Assembly (NCBI GenBank): GCA_965215015.1
Contig: OZ244042.1
Span: forward strand, 4,384,001 to 4,448,000
Direction of reading: 5' to 3'
DNA from: Candidatus Poribacteria bacterium
GTDB taxonomy: Bacteria; Poribacteria; WGA-4E; PCPOR2b
DNA length: 64,000 nt
A program made the translations under genes and the position numbers. Under the pieces are notes generated by a model. The model saw only the letters and a list, made by a program, of their open reading frames with translations. It ran no database searches and was not told where the DNA came from. Shown here piece by piece: positions 40,598 through 50,815 of the stretch; within the stretch, counting starts at the first letter, position 1, and every line of letters begins with the position of its first letter.

Positions 40598-42019
40598 CTA
40601 TTTCATCACTACCATTCGTCGGGTCTCGGAGAAGTCGTCAGCCAGAAGCTGATAGAAATAAACCCCACTTGCCACGGACTGTCCTGTATCATCTTTACCA
40701 TCCCAGTAGACTGCACGCTGCTGGTTCATGTAAGCCCCTGCAGCCTGTCTTCCAACATCAATAGACCGGATGAACTCGCCCTTGACGTTGTAGATTCGCA
40801 CGGTTACAGTAGCGGCTTCGGCAAGATAGTAGGGTATCCACGTTTCAGGATTGAAAGGATTGGGGAAATTTTGCATCAAGCTCGTGCGTTTGATGTCTCC
40901 AAGAGTCGTAAAGTATTTGCTTTGTGGCTCAACTGAACGAAGCTCAAACTGAGGATTCCATCGGGCACTTTTGTCATTACCGGGATCATTAGTGAGATTC
41001 TTCAGCGCACCACCATGTATCATGTATATCTCTCGATTTTTATCCCGTCTAGATTCAAACAAGATCCGCCTCCCTTTACTAGACCAAATAGGGTTCTGAT
41101 CGCTACCAGGGTCATTGCTGAGATTGACCTGATTGTTTCCATCGGGGTCCGACTTATAAATCTCCCAATTACCATCGCGTTTGCTTTGAAAGACGATGCC
41201 GCCGGGGGACCATTCAGCTCTTCGGTCATCCTTATCATTTTCAGTGATCCGCGTCAGGTTCTCCCCATCAATGCCTACCGTATAGATTTCCCAGTTGCCA
41301 TCTCGCTTCGATTCAAAAACGACCGCTGTACCATCAGGCGACCAGCGTGCCCGTTGATCCGGTGCCTCATGATTGCTAAGATTTATCTGATTTTTTCCGA
41401 TAGTCCGTTTTTCTGCGTCCGCAATAAAGATATCCATCTGGGCCCTATCGTTGATTTTGTTACGCTCGCTCTCAAAAACAATTTTGGTTCCGTCAGGAGA
41501 CCATGACCCTTCCTGGTCTTGGCCAACGCCTTCACCATCTGCATTTGTTATATTCACCAGGGCACCCGCTTTGCCCCTTGCATCTATCGTCAGGATTCCC
41601 AGATCCCAATTGTCAGCGTTTGGAAATCCAACGGAGTAGAGAAGAATCCGTGGATCTCCGGCAGGGGCCCATCGGGGTTCAGACAGTTTGACTCCCGGTC
41701 CATCGGGCGGGCCTGTCAGGTTTGACTGTTTCGGTTTTTGAGGGTCAGTGAGATCAACGATAAAGATATCAAAATTCTCGCCACCGCGCACATTGGCATC
41801 GAAAACGATGAAACTACCATCAGGCGACCACTCGGGGGTGAACACCTTGGATTTGTTCTTTGTGAGTTGCTTAATCTCGCCACTATCATACAAAAGATGA
41901 ACCTCATCGTCGCCGGAGCGGTCCGAGATAAAAGATGCCATAGGCACCTGCGCGTATGCCGAACCGATAAACAGGAGAACGAAGCTGCCCAATAGGGTAA
42001 TAATACCTTGACGTAACAT
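40598..42019 (-). CDS. Secreted TolB-like (PD40) protein with C-terminal FlgD-Ig/T9SS-like domain (tandem duplicate)
   Basis: Close paralog of 39122..40549. Confidence 0.9.
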   Translation of the reverse strand: MLRQGIITLLGSFVLLFIGSAYAQVPMASFISDRSGDDEVHLLYDSGEIKQLTKNKSKVFTPEWSPDGSFIVFDANVRGGENFDIFIVDLTDPQKPKQSNLTGPPDGPGVKLSEPRWAPAGDPRILLYSVGFPNADNWDLGILTIDARGKAGALVNITNADGEGVGQDQEGSWSPDGTKIVFESERNKINDRAQMDIFIADAEKRTIGKNQINLSNHEAPDQRARWSPDGTAVVFESKRDGNWEIYTVGIDGENLTRITENDKDDRRAEWSPGGIVFQSKRDGNWEIYKSDPDGNNQVNLSNDPGSDQNPIWSSKGRRILFESRRDKNREIYMIHGGALKNLTNDPGNDKSARWNPQFELRSVEPQSKYFTTLGDIKRTSLMQNFPNPFNPETWIPYYLAEAATVTVRIYNVKGEFIRSIDVGRQAAGAYMNQQRAVYWDGKDDTGQSVASGVYFYQLLADDFSETRRMVVMK

Positions 42020-42063
42020 TGTTAGCTCCTTTCCAAAAATGATAAGCTCCTTTCAACAAAGAT

Positions 42064-42255
42064 AAGACTTACGCATTTCAGTGGTGAACAACGATGGTGT
42101 TCCCGTGCTTTGAATTCCAATCTTATCGGGGAATTGTGTTCTCCGGAGATGAATCGCCGAGGATACCATGACTATAGCTCAATAATCATGGTTCAACCAG
42201 GGGCATTGCGCGTCTTTTCTGGTGTTGGCCTTGAGCGTTCAACTGCGTAAGTCCT
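42064..42255. mobile_element. MITE-like element, family C
   Basis: aagacttacgca (42064) and tgcgtaagtcct (42244-42255) inverted ends. Confidence 0.6.
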
Positions 42256-42349
42256 AAAAGATAAGAGATTTATGGGAAATGATGGTGAAAGTGTAATGGA
42301 AGGCAACAATAGATTTGAAACTCCATTACACCTCACCACACAAATGGTT

Positions 42350-43051
42350 TTACTGAGTAACTGCTGGTGTTCCACCACTTTTTAGTATGCCCCAAGTGGT
42401 TGCAAGTTTCCCTTTGCTCTCAACAGCACGTGGATCTTTTCTAGGAAACTCGGTGGGCCAAGGGTCGTCATCCGGTTGCTCGTCTTGGTCTTGGCTGAGC
42501 AGCATCTGATCAAGATTATGCGGCTGTTGTCTCGGCTGTGAACGTATTACATGGAGACCGCGTTCCTTTGCTTCCCATTCGACAACCGTCAGGGGTGGAA
42601 CGCCTTGGCTGAGCCACTTGTAAATACCAGCATCGAAAACGTCACGCCAATTGCCCAATCCACGACCCATAAAATCCGGGTCCGCGGTATGCTCTGTGGT
42701 ACCGATTTGGTTATCAAATTGTAACCAAAAGGCGTCAGTACCGGTGTTGCCATCGCTTTTGCCTCTTGCCCAGATGTAGTATGTGCCTTCGTCGCACCAG
42801 AACTCAACTTGCCAATACGCTGTTGGATCTGCAACCGGTGGGTTCATAGCACCACCGATAAATTGAAATGCAAGGCCATTGGACGCGTCGGCATCTCGCG
42901 CAAATGCAGTATTTTCTGGCGATGTTTCGCCATAATCTCTAATCGTCTCTGCGCTGATGACAACCTCGGTAATCGCAGCAAAGCTGCTAGAAGCTATGCC
43001 GACAACACAAAGTGCCATAAGCATACAGATTAATAAACTTGGTGCTCTCAT
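42350..43051 (-). CDS. Secreted protein with CBM-like beta-sandwich and C-terminal 'KLATTWG' motif
   Basis: Signal peptide from MRAPS (AGGAGG RBS); GTYYIWARG..DAFWLQFD; ends AVESKGKLATTWGILK. Confidence 0.75.
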   Translation of the reverse strand: MRAPSLLICMLMALCVVGIASSSFAAITEVVISAETIRDYGETSPENTAFARDADASNGLAFQFIGGAMNPPVADPTAYWQVEFWCDEGTYYIWARGKSDGNTGTDAFWLQFDNQIGTTEHTADPDFMGRGLGNWRDVFDAGIYKWLSQGVPPLTVVEWEAKERGLHVIRSQPRQQPHNLDQMLLSQDQDEQPDDDPWPTEFPRKDPRAVESKGKLATTWGILKSGGTPAVTQ

Positions 43052-43609
43052 TATTAAGTAACCTCCTAATAGGCTATTAAACATTTGGTATATAAAAATA
43101 GGTTCTGTTGACATTTTGACAAATTGAACCAATCCTGAATACGCCTTGAGGCAATTTTGAACAACCGCCTCGATTTTGGGCGGATTGCCCAATGATTACA
43201 GCGTTTGCCGAATTGGTGACAGCCAAATGCCAACACACCTTACCTCAACAACATGAGTTTAAGGGAATGCGTTGGCATTCCCTTAAGGGATTCGCTTCAG
43301 AAACAGATAAAACATCACATTTACTATTCTATAGCATTATAATAGAGACTGTCAAGACTTTTTTACCATAATTATTTTTTTAAGGAGAGGAACGATAATA
43401 AGTATACCATTGTTTGTCAAATACCGATAAACATTGGCGCGGGCATCAGGGGTCGCCCGAATAAATCGGTATTTATCTCTGTTCATTCCAAATGGCAAAT
43501 AGTTCAATGTTACCATTAATAAAAAATTGTACGCTAAATCAACAAGCTTAGAGGACGATGGCTAAAACCCAAGCTACCAAAGGGCTTTTGGCAGGTGGAC
43601 GCTTATAAA

Positions 43610-43643
43610 ATAATTCCATAGAATAGTAATTCTATGGAATTAT
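43610..43643. other. loxP-like recombination site (13-8-13)
   Basis: ATAATTCCATAGA-ATAGTAAT-TCTATGGAATTAT; perfect inverted arms, 9/13 identical to the loxP arm ATAACTTCGTATA. Confidence 0.65.
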
Positions 43644-43685
43644 TAGGGGTTATGCACCCGGTCCTGGAAGAGTAATCATGAATGA

Positions 43686-44037
43686 ATCAGCGACGAAACG
43701 GAGAAATTAGTTAAAGCTAGCATCGCAGCGAGCACCGTCGAGACCTATCACCTCGCAATGCAACAGTTGGAAATCTGGTTGGCTGGACGCTTCTTGAGCG
43801 ATAGCCTACTTGCAAATTACATCATGGGGTTATATCAAGATGGACGCTAGCGACAATCAGTAAAATTGTCGCTGTGGTCAAATGGACAGTAAAAAATCAC
43901 GGCGTGGGGATCCCCTTTGAGATCGCGGAGAAGACACTTGCTAGCATTCGACGCAAAGGCAAAGATCGAGCGCGGGGTTAGGTAGATGGCATGATATGGA
44001 GCGAGTCTGTGCGTTTGCCGAAGCGGATAATACCGTA
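43686..44037 (+). pseudogene. Cre-like tyrosine recombinase, decayed N-terminal (core-binding) domain
   Basis: Manual translation across frameshifts: ISDETEKLVKASIAASTVETYHLAMQQLEIWLAGRFLSDSLLANYIMGLYQDGR / ATISKIVAVVKW...AEKTLASIRRKGKDRARG*VDGMIW / MERVCAFAEAD; cut before the catalytic domain by a repeat. Confidence 0.7.
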
Positions 44038-44039
44038 AG

Positions 44040-44129
44040 TTGCTTTGAATCCCGATCTTATCGGGGAGGCATCAGGTCAAGGACTCTCGGAACGGAGATT
44101 AGCGCAATCTGTCAAATGTCAACCGAACC
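44040..44129 (+). repeat. About 90-bp dispersed repeat ending in the family-B TIR
   Basis: Inverted homolog at 20172-20260; partial copy at 42106-42131; opposing TIR at 43101. Confidence 0.7.
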
Positions 44130-44289
44130 TTGTTATTGCACTCAACTAACCGGATTCAGATGGAAATTCCTTGAGTTTGTTATTATTTTTTGATACACTA
44201 CAACAAAGTTGAAATAAGTAAGGACCAATCTATATGTTCACCCTATCAGGGGGTATACACAGATACACGCCGACTTTAAGGAGGTTTGA

Positions 44290-44883
44290 ATGTCAGAAGC
44301 AGTCAGTAACGCGAGAGTCGAAGATTACAAAGGTATCTTGCAACAATATTGTCAGAAACGAGCTTTAGAGAATTTAACCTATGAAACGGATCAACAGGGG
44401 CCTCTCAATGAACCGAGTTGGATTGTCACTGTTAAGTATGGAGAAACAACCTACACCACACCAGCACCGATTCGTGGATCTAAACGCTTCGCGGAAAAGA
44501 TGGCAGCCAAACAGATTCTGGAACAAATAGAATCCCACCAAGAAGCGTTTCTAGTAGGTTGTTCTGAGTCCCGATCGCATCGGAGCGATTCCGTTGAAAC
44601 AACCGAAACGCAGGAGCAGTCAACAGAAGTATCGTCCCCAGAACCCCTCTATGTACCGACTGAGCTTGTTACTACAGTACTTGGCATTGCCAACCACCGG
44701 TTGGCTGGACTGCAGCGCGGCACACGCTACCGCGACTCAGTCGAATCCAAGCAAAGCAACCAAGCATTTGCACAGAACCTAGCAGAGCTCACCATGCAGA
44801 TTGTGCGTGAAATTGCGAATGCTGCAGAAGCTTCCAGTGTCAAATTTGGTGATACATCATCACAACCAGAATCTGATGAATGA
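44290..44883 (+). CDS. Stand-alone double-stranded RNA-binding domain (dsRBD) protein
   Basis: DYKGILQQYCQK...Y....GP...P.W.VTV...GSKRFAEKMAAKQIL dsRBD signature; no RNase III catalytic domain. Confidence 0.75.
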   Translation: MSEAVSNARVEDYKGILQQYCQKRALENLTYETDQQGPLNEPSWIVTVKYGETTYTTPAPIRGSKRFAEKMAAKQILEQIESHQEAFLVGCSESRSHRSDSVETTETQEQSTEVSSPEPLYVPTELVTTVLGIANHRLAGLQRGTRYRDSVESKQSNQAFAQNLAELTMQIVREIANAAEASSVKFGDTSSQPESDE

Positions 44884-45015
44884 CAAGTGATACTAAATCT
44901 GCCTCCAAATGTTACAAAGGCGGCCTTGTGACACGATAATCGAAAGCCCATATAAAAATTCACGCCTCATTCGTCACGTTTCACACGATGCCACAGGGCA
45001 ATCAGGCATATAGTA

Positions 45016-45035
45016 GTAGGCATACTCCGTATGCC
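45016..45035 (+). repeat. GTAG-type REP palindrome GTAGGCATACTCCGTATGCC
   Basis: Copies at about 10150, 45016, 54918 and inverted at 20391. Confidence 0.75.
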
Positions 45036-45427
45036 GTAACCTCTCGTAGCCATAGAGCCTACCCACGATTCATCGGGGTTGCCTAACCGGTGATCTCCGC
45101 TGCGTAATTTCTATAACAGATTCAATTCCCCTACGCTATGCCATTATAGACTTGACAAAAAGCAAGATTGTCCTTAAAATGACTTGGGCTTTCGTATGAA
45201 AGACGGTACAGGCATAGGAAGCTCAATAAAAAAAAACAAGATAGTCTGTCGAGAAACAAAGACAAAGATAAGAATAGAAACTTGAAGGGCATCAATCTAT
45301 ATCAGGACGGGACTCTGATTGTTATTAGTCTTGCTGACCACCACTTTGTTGGGTTTGTTGGATGACGTGATGCTTCCAAAGACCAACGGATACCTCCAAT
45401 TGCACTCCTCATAGAAAGGAATAAATA

Positions 45428-47524
45428 ATGTCTAATAACCCGAAGCATACTAACCGACTCATCAACGAAACGAGTCCCTACCTCCTGCAACATGCACACA
45501 ATCCTGTTGATTGGTATCCGTGGGGTGAGGAAGCAATCGCGCAAGCCACGCAGCGAGATAAGCCCATCCTGTTGAGCATTGGCTATGCTGCCTGCCACTG
45601 GTGCCATGTCATGGAGCACGAATCCTTCGAGAATGAGCAGATTGCCGCGGTCATGAATGAGCATTTCATTAACATCAAGGTTGATCGTGAAGAACGCCCT
45701 GACTTGGATGAAATTTACATGAATGCTGTCCAAATGCTTACGGGGCAAGGGGGTTGGCCCATGACCATGTTTCTGACACCGGATCTAAAGCCGTTCTACG
45801 GTGGCACCTACTTTCCCCCCGATAACCGCTACGGGCGTCCGGGGTTTCCACGGGTGTTGCTTGGTGTTGCAGAGGCGTATAGGGAGCGTCCTGACGCGGT
45901 GGGAGAACAGGCAGATCAGATTATCGCTAACTTGAATCAGTTGTCTGAAATAGAAGGGCATGGTCATCAGTTGACAATTGATATGTTGGATCGGGCATAT
46001 CAGGATTATCTATCACGATTCGATCACCATGACGGTGGATTCGGGAGTGCGCCTAAGTTCCCACCGAGTATGGGACTCTCGCTGTTATTGCGTCACTGGC
46101 ATCGCACAGGTAACCCCAACGCGCTTAACATGGTCGAAGTAACACTGGAAAAGATGGCGCGCGGTGGGATGTATGATCAGCTTGGCGGAGGATTCCATCG
46201 TTACTCAGTTGATGAGAGATGGCTCGTTCCCCACTTCGAGAAGATGCTCTACGACAACGCTTTGTTGAGTGTTGCTTATTTGGAAGCATATCAGGCAACG
46301 GGGAAGGTTTTTTATCGTCAAATCGCCACGGAAACGCTTGATTACGTTTTGTGTGAAATGTACGATGCGGAAAAAGGGGGCTTTTACTCAACACAAGATG
46401 CGGACAGTGAAGGCGTTGAGGGCAAATTCTTCGTTTGGATGCCAGACGAGGTAGAAGGTCTCCTTGGGGAGGAGAAAGCCAAGATCTTTTGCGAATATTA
46501 TGATATTACTGAGCATGGCAATTTTGAACACAAAAACATCCTGCATGTCCGAACACCGCCAGATCTATTTGCCAGAAAACTGGGTATGGATTTGGGTGAT
46601 ATAGAGGATATCCTCACCGAAGGGAGACAGAAACTCTTTGGAGCCCGTGAGGAACGGATTAAGCCCGGCTTGGATGACAAGATTCTCACAAGTTGGAACG
46701 GTTTAATGATTCGGAGCATGGCAATGGGGTATCAGGTCCTCGGTGATGAACGTTATCAGGAAGCCGCAGAAAAATCTGCGAGATTCATTTTATCTGAGCT
46801 CTCCCAAGATAACGGACTGTTGCTCCGTACACACCGTGCGGGCAAAAGCCACCTGAATGCTTACCTTGAGGATTATTCCTACTTCGTTGCCGGTTTAATC
46901 AATCTCTACGAGGCAACCTTCGCCGTTGAGTGGCTGAAAGAGGCTGAACGGTTGAATCAGATCATGATTGATCAATTTTGGGATGAAGCAAATGGCAGCT
47001 TCTTCTTTACAAGCAAAAACCACGAAACTCTCATCGTCCGATCAAAACCGGGGTATGATGGTGCAACCCCCGCCGGTGTGTCGATAGCTATCCATAATTT
47101 GTTGAGACTTGACAAACTCCTCAACTGTCCAGACTTCCGGGAAAAGGTGGAAACTACTCTCGATGTCTATTATCATCAAATCGAGCATTCGCCCAGCGGA
47201 TCGGCGCAGATGCTATGCGAGCTGGATTTTCTACTGTCCACACCCAAAGAAATTGCGATTGCCGGTCAGCGGGAGAACGAGGACACCCAAGCGGCGTTGG
47301 CAGCTATCCATAGCCGCTTCGTGCCAAACAAAGTGCTCGCTTTGGCTAGCGATGGAGAAAATGTCAGCGATTCGATTCCACTCCTTGAAGGTAAAACACA
47401 GATTGATGGTAAGGCGACAATCTATGTATGTGAGAACTACACTTGCCAAGCCCCGACGACAGAGGTGGAAGAATTGGCGGAGCTGCTTCAGTTAGGGGGA
47501 CTGCCCGAGGCGTCCAACCTATAG
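45428..47524 (+). CDS. Thioredoxin-domain protein YyaL/SSP411 (DUF255)
   Basis: [48 protein letters not shown]. Confidence 0.93.
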   Translation: MSNNPKHTNRLINETSPYLLQHAHNPVDWYPWGEEAIAQATQRDKPILLSIGYAACHWCHVMEHESFENEQIAAVMNEHFINIKVDREERPDLDEIYMNAVQMLTGQGGWPMTMFLTPDLKPFYGGTYFPPDNRYGRPGFPRVLLGVAEAYRERPDAVGEQADQIIANLNQLSEIEGHGHQLTIDMLDRAYQDYLSRFDHHDGGFGSAPKFPPSMGLSLLLRHWHRTGNPNALNMVEVTLEKMARGGMYDQLGGGFHRYSVDERWLVPHFEKMLYDNALLSVAYLEAYQATGKVFYRQIATETLDYVLCEMYDAEKGGFYSTQDADSEGVEGKFFVWMPDEVEGLLGEEKAKIFCEYYDITEHGNFEHKNILHVRTPPDLFARKLGMDLGDIEDILTEGRQKLFGAREERIKPGLDDKILTSWNGLMIRSMAMGYQVLGDERYQEAAEKSARFILSELSQDNGLLLRTHRAGKSHLNAYLEDYSYFVAGLINLYEATFAVEWLKEAERLNQIMIDQFWDEANGSFFFTSKNHETLIVRSKPGYDGATPAGVSIAIHNLLRLDKLLNCPDFREKVETTLDVYYHQIEHSPSGSAQMLCELDFLLSTPKEIAIAGQRENEDTQAALAAIHSRFVPNKVLALASDGENVSDSIPLLEGKTQIDGKATIYVCENYTCQAPTTEVEELAELLQLGGLPEASNL

Positions 47525-47543
47525 ATGACACAAGGAGCCTACT

Positions 47544-48035
47544 GTGAATGAAGATGAACTTGAACGGAGAGAACAGGCACTACTTTATTTGCTCGAGGGA
47601 GAAGCACACCAGATGCGCGGTGAATTCGGCCGCGCAATTGCGTTGTACATGAAGTCAATTGCCCTCTATCCCACAGCGAAAGCGCACACATGGCTCGGTT
47701 GGACCTATAGCATGATGGGACGTTTCCAAGACTCGATTGATGAGTGTCACAAAGCGATTCGTCTAGATGCTAATTTTGGTAATCCCTACAACGACATCGG
47801 CGCGTGTCTAATTCAACTCGGCGAATATGATGCTGCTATCCCTTGGTTAGAGAAAGCCCTTCAAGCACCTAACTATGAGGCGCGGTGCCATCCCCACATG
47901 AATCTGGGACGTATTTGGGAGCATCGCCTGGAATGGAATAAAGCGATCGAAAGCTACAAACGTGCCTTATATGAAAGCCCCGATTATCAACCCGCATTTG
48001 TCGCACTTAGGAAGTTGCGGGCAAAGTTGAATTAG
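47544..48035 (+). CDS. Tetratricopeptide repeat protein
   Basis: TPR helices AHTWLGW, NPYNDIG, HMNLGRI. Confidence 0.88.
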   Translation: MNEDELERREQALLYLLEGEAHQMRGEFGRAIALYMKSIALYPTAKAHTWLGWTYSMMGRFQDSIDECHKAIRLDANFGNPYNDIGACLIQLGEYDAAIPWLEKALQAPNYEARCHPHMNLGRIWEHRLEWNKAIESYKRALYESPDYQPAFVALRKLRAKLN

Positions 48036-48139
48036 ATTACCATTACCTTACCCTGTTGCCTCGTTGAGGCTACGTTGGTTCCTTAGTTCAAAGGGTTCAT
48101 TATGCCTTAGCAACTTGGGTTAAAATTAAGGAGAAAGCT

Positions 48140-49804
48140 ATGGCAATTTTGGAAGGTGGTCAGATTATTACAAAGGTCCTGAAGCAAGAGAATATAAAAT
48201 ATCTATTCACACTCTGTGGTGGGACGATCGAATCGATTTACGAAGGGTGTCTGAACGACGGCATCCAAATTATTGACACACGGGTAGATCCGTCTGCGAC
48301 GATGATGGCAGATGCGTATGCACGGGTCACCGGGGGCGTCGGTGTTAGCGGTGTCACCCGCGGGCCAGGGCACGCCGCCATGATCTACGGGCTAGCGACA
48401 GCATACATGATGGGCAGTCCGCTGTACTCAATAAGTGGTAATAGCGACGCTGATCAGATTGACATGGGCGGCTCTCAAGAATATAACCAAACCGGGTTGG
48501 TCAAGCCGATTAGCAAGTGGACGCGGTTGGTCACACAGACCGAGCGGCTGCCGGAGTACGTCGGCACAGGATTCCGTAAGGCGTTGGGAGGGCGTCCGGG
48601 GCCCGTCCATCTGAACGTTCCCTACGATGTTTTGTATGACAAGATTGATGATTCAGAGATCGCTTACCCTGAACCAGCGAACTCTCGTATGCAAGCCAAG
48701 GTCCACGGTGATCCGGAGCAGATAGATCGCGCATTGAGGTTGTTGGCACAAGCAGATAGCCCAGTAATTATCGCCGCAGGGGCGATTCACTGGCAGAACG
48801 CTGCGGGGGCACTCTTAGATTTTGTGGAGGCAACGGGGATACCGTTCTTCTCAAGGGGTGCCGATGTCAATGCAATTACCCGCCCATCTCCGCTCTTCTT
48901 TGGCACCGCAACCTCTCGATTCGGCAATGCCTCAAAGGAGCTGTGCAACGCCGATGTAATTCTCGCCTTAGGGGTTAAGTTCGACACAAACATCAGCTAC
49001 GGCGGCCCACCGCTGTTTCACCAAGACGCTAAATTTATCTGCGTCGATATTGATGTTGAGGAGATGGGCAAGAACCGTTCATTTGATGTTGGTATCATCG
49101 GCGATCTACAACCCGTCCTGACCGAGATGACAAACGGCGTTTCCCGACACGATTTTCATGAGCCAACAGATTGGGTTGAACGTCTAAATCTCGTCCGTCA
49201 GGGTTTTCGGCAGCGACTCGCTGAAGCGGAGAACTCCGATGGCATTCCCGTTCATCCGTTACGCATCTGTAAGGAGGTGCGTGAACTCTTCGGGGATGAT
49301 ACCACAATTTCCCTCGATGGTGGAGATGCCTCACTCTTTTCCCACATGGCACTCGATCACTATCATCCCCCCTACCTATTGTTCACAGGTCCCATCGGTG
49401 GTATTGGGCAGGGCGTTCCCTTTGCGCTTGCTGGCAAGGTAGCGAGACCCGATCAGCCAAGCGTCCTGATCACCGGCGACGGCTCCTTCGGTTACGGTAT
49501 CATCGAGTATGATACCGCGCTGAAGCATAGCTTGCCGATTATTTCAGTAGTCTCAAGCGATGAGGCGTGGGGCATTGTGAGGCACCCGCAAATCCAACGC
49601 TACGGTTTGGATCGGGCGGTTGCAACAGATCTTCGAGCGGTTAGTTATGAGCGGCTTGCCGAAGCTTTAGATTGTTATGGAGAGCTTGTGAAGCAACCCG
49701 ATGAAATTGGTCCAGCTCTGCAACGTGCCGCCGATTCAGGGGTGCCAGCGGTGATCAATGTTCCCACAATTTTCACGAGTGCGGCAGCGTACTGCCCGCA
49801 ATAG
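48140..49804 (+). CDS. Thiamine pyrophosphate-binding protein (acetolactate synthase/2-hydroxyacyl-CoA lyase-like)
   Basis: MADAYARVTG, TRGPG, GRPGPVHL, TPP motif GDGSFG. Confidence 0.88.
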   Translation: MAILEGGQIITKVLKQENIKYLFTLCGGTIESIYEGCLNDGIQIIDTRVDPSATMMADAYARVTGGVGVSGVTRGPGHAAMIYGLATAYMMGSPLYSISGNSDADQIDMGGSQEYNQTGLVKPISKWTRLVTQTERLPEYVGTGFRKALGGRPGPVHLNVPYDVLYDKIDDSEIAYPEPANSRMQAKVHGDPEQIDRALRLLAQADSPVIIAAGAIHWQNAAGALLDFVEATGIPFFSRGADVNAITRPSPLFFGTATSRFGNASKELCNADVILALGVKFDTNISYGGPPLFHQDAKFICVDIDVEEMGKNRSFDVGIIGDLQPVLTEMTNGVSRHDFHEPTDWVERLNLVRQGFRQRLAEAENSDGIPVHPLRICKEVRELFGDDTTISLDGGDASLFSHMALDHYHPPYLLFTGPIGGIGQGVPFALAGKVARPDQPSVLITGDGSFGYGIIEYDTALKHSLPIISVVSSDEAWGIVRHPQIQRYGLDRAVATDLRAVSYERLAEALDCYGELVKQPDEIGPALQRAADSGVPAVINVPTIFTSAAAYCPQ

Positions 49805-49806
49805 GC

Positions 49807-50658
49807 TTAATGCGCTTGCCAATCGGTACGCTTCAGGGGGTCATGGACGTTAATCGTCAGGGCCGGACCAAATCCCTCAATTTCCAGACGCAGATTATCC
49901 CCATCCTGAATCGGTGCCAAAGCGTAGTGATGGGTTCCCGTGGATACGACGTTCCCGGGCTCAAGCGTTATGACCTTGGTAACCTCTGCCAACACCTCCG
50001 GTATGAAACGCGCCATGGAGTTCGAGGAGAAGTCATGCCGAAGCTCGTCGTTGACCCAGAGCCGAATGCCGAGTTCGTTTGGATCCGAAACCTCGTCGGC
50101 GGTGACCAACGCTGGTCCCATCGGAGCAAAAGTGTGCCAGCTTTTTCCGAGGAAGAAACCGCCGGGCAGGCCGCGGGCGGACACATCGATAAATTGAGTA
50201 TAGCCGAAAACATGATCCATCGCTTCAGCTTGTGAAAGGTGGCTTGCTGTTTTGCCTATGACTACACTGAGCTCAGGCTCGAAGTGGAAGACGGTCGCGT
50301 CTGTTTCGGGGAGTTGAACCGTATCGTCCTTTCCAATGATGCCGGTGGGGGATTTGAGAAAGGCGTTAAATTCTCCCCGATCGGGGGATGCAGGTTCTAT
50401 GTAATTGCCAGCAAGACAGACTAATTGACCCGGTCTGGGCAGGGGAGCCCTGAGACGAACGCTATCAAGTGCTGTTCCTACATTCCCTTCGGCAGCCTGT
50501 GCAAGTTGGGGTTGTAGGTTACTCCAATCTTGGATAAGTGTTTCGATAAGTTCTTGGGGGCTGTGGTAAGAGAGCCCCCCCAGTGCTGAGGCGACATCAA
50601 CAATCTGATCGCTGCTGATTACACCCAGTTGATAGTCATTGAAAAATGCAAGTTTCAT
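49807..50658 (-). CDS. Fumarylacetoacetate hydrolase family protein
   Basis: FLKSP, HFEPELSVVIG, DVSAR, GKSWHTFAPMGP, TLEPGNVVSTGT. Confidence 0.9.
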   Translation of the reverse strand: MKLAFFNDYQLGVISSDQIVDVASALGGLSYHSPQELIETLIQDWSNLQPQLAQAAEGNVGTALDSVRLRAPLPRPGQLVCLAGNYIEPASPDRGEFNAFLKSPTGIIGKDDTVQLPETDATVFHFEPELSVVIGKTASHLSQAEAMDHVFGYTQFIDVSARGLPGGFFLGKSWHTFAPMGPALVTADEVSDPNELGIRLWVNDELRHDFSSNSMARFIPEVLAEVTKVITLEPGNVVSTGTHHYALAPIQDGDNLRLEIEGFGPALTINVHDPLKRTDWQAH

Positions 50659-50815
50659 CTGATGTTTTTCCTTTCGATCTGTGATGATAGTACAGGTTTG
50701 ATGATTTGCATTATAGCACGAATCGTGAGGATGTCAAGACGCTTTTGAAGCATTTGATATTTCAATCTACACCGTCTAACGGGAGAGGGCAGGAAGGTTT
50801 CCGCCTTACCTAGTA

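Noticed and set aside
43052-43192. N-terminal extension of the 42350 ORF
   Set aside because: It runs through a family-B repeat end; the RBS and signal peptide point to 43051.
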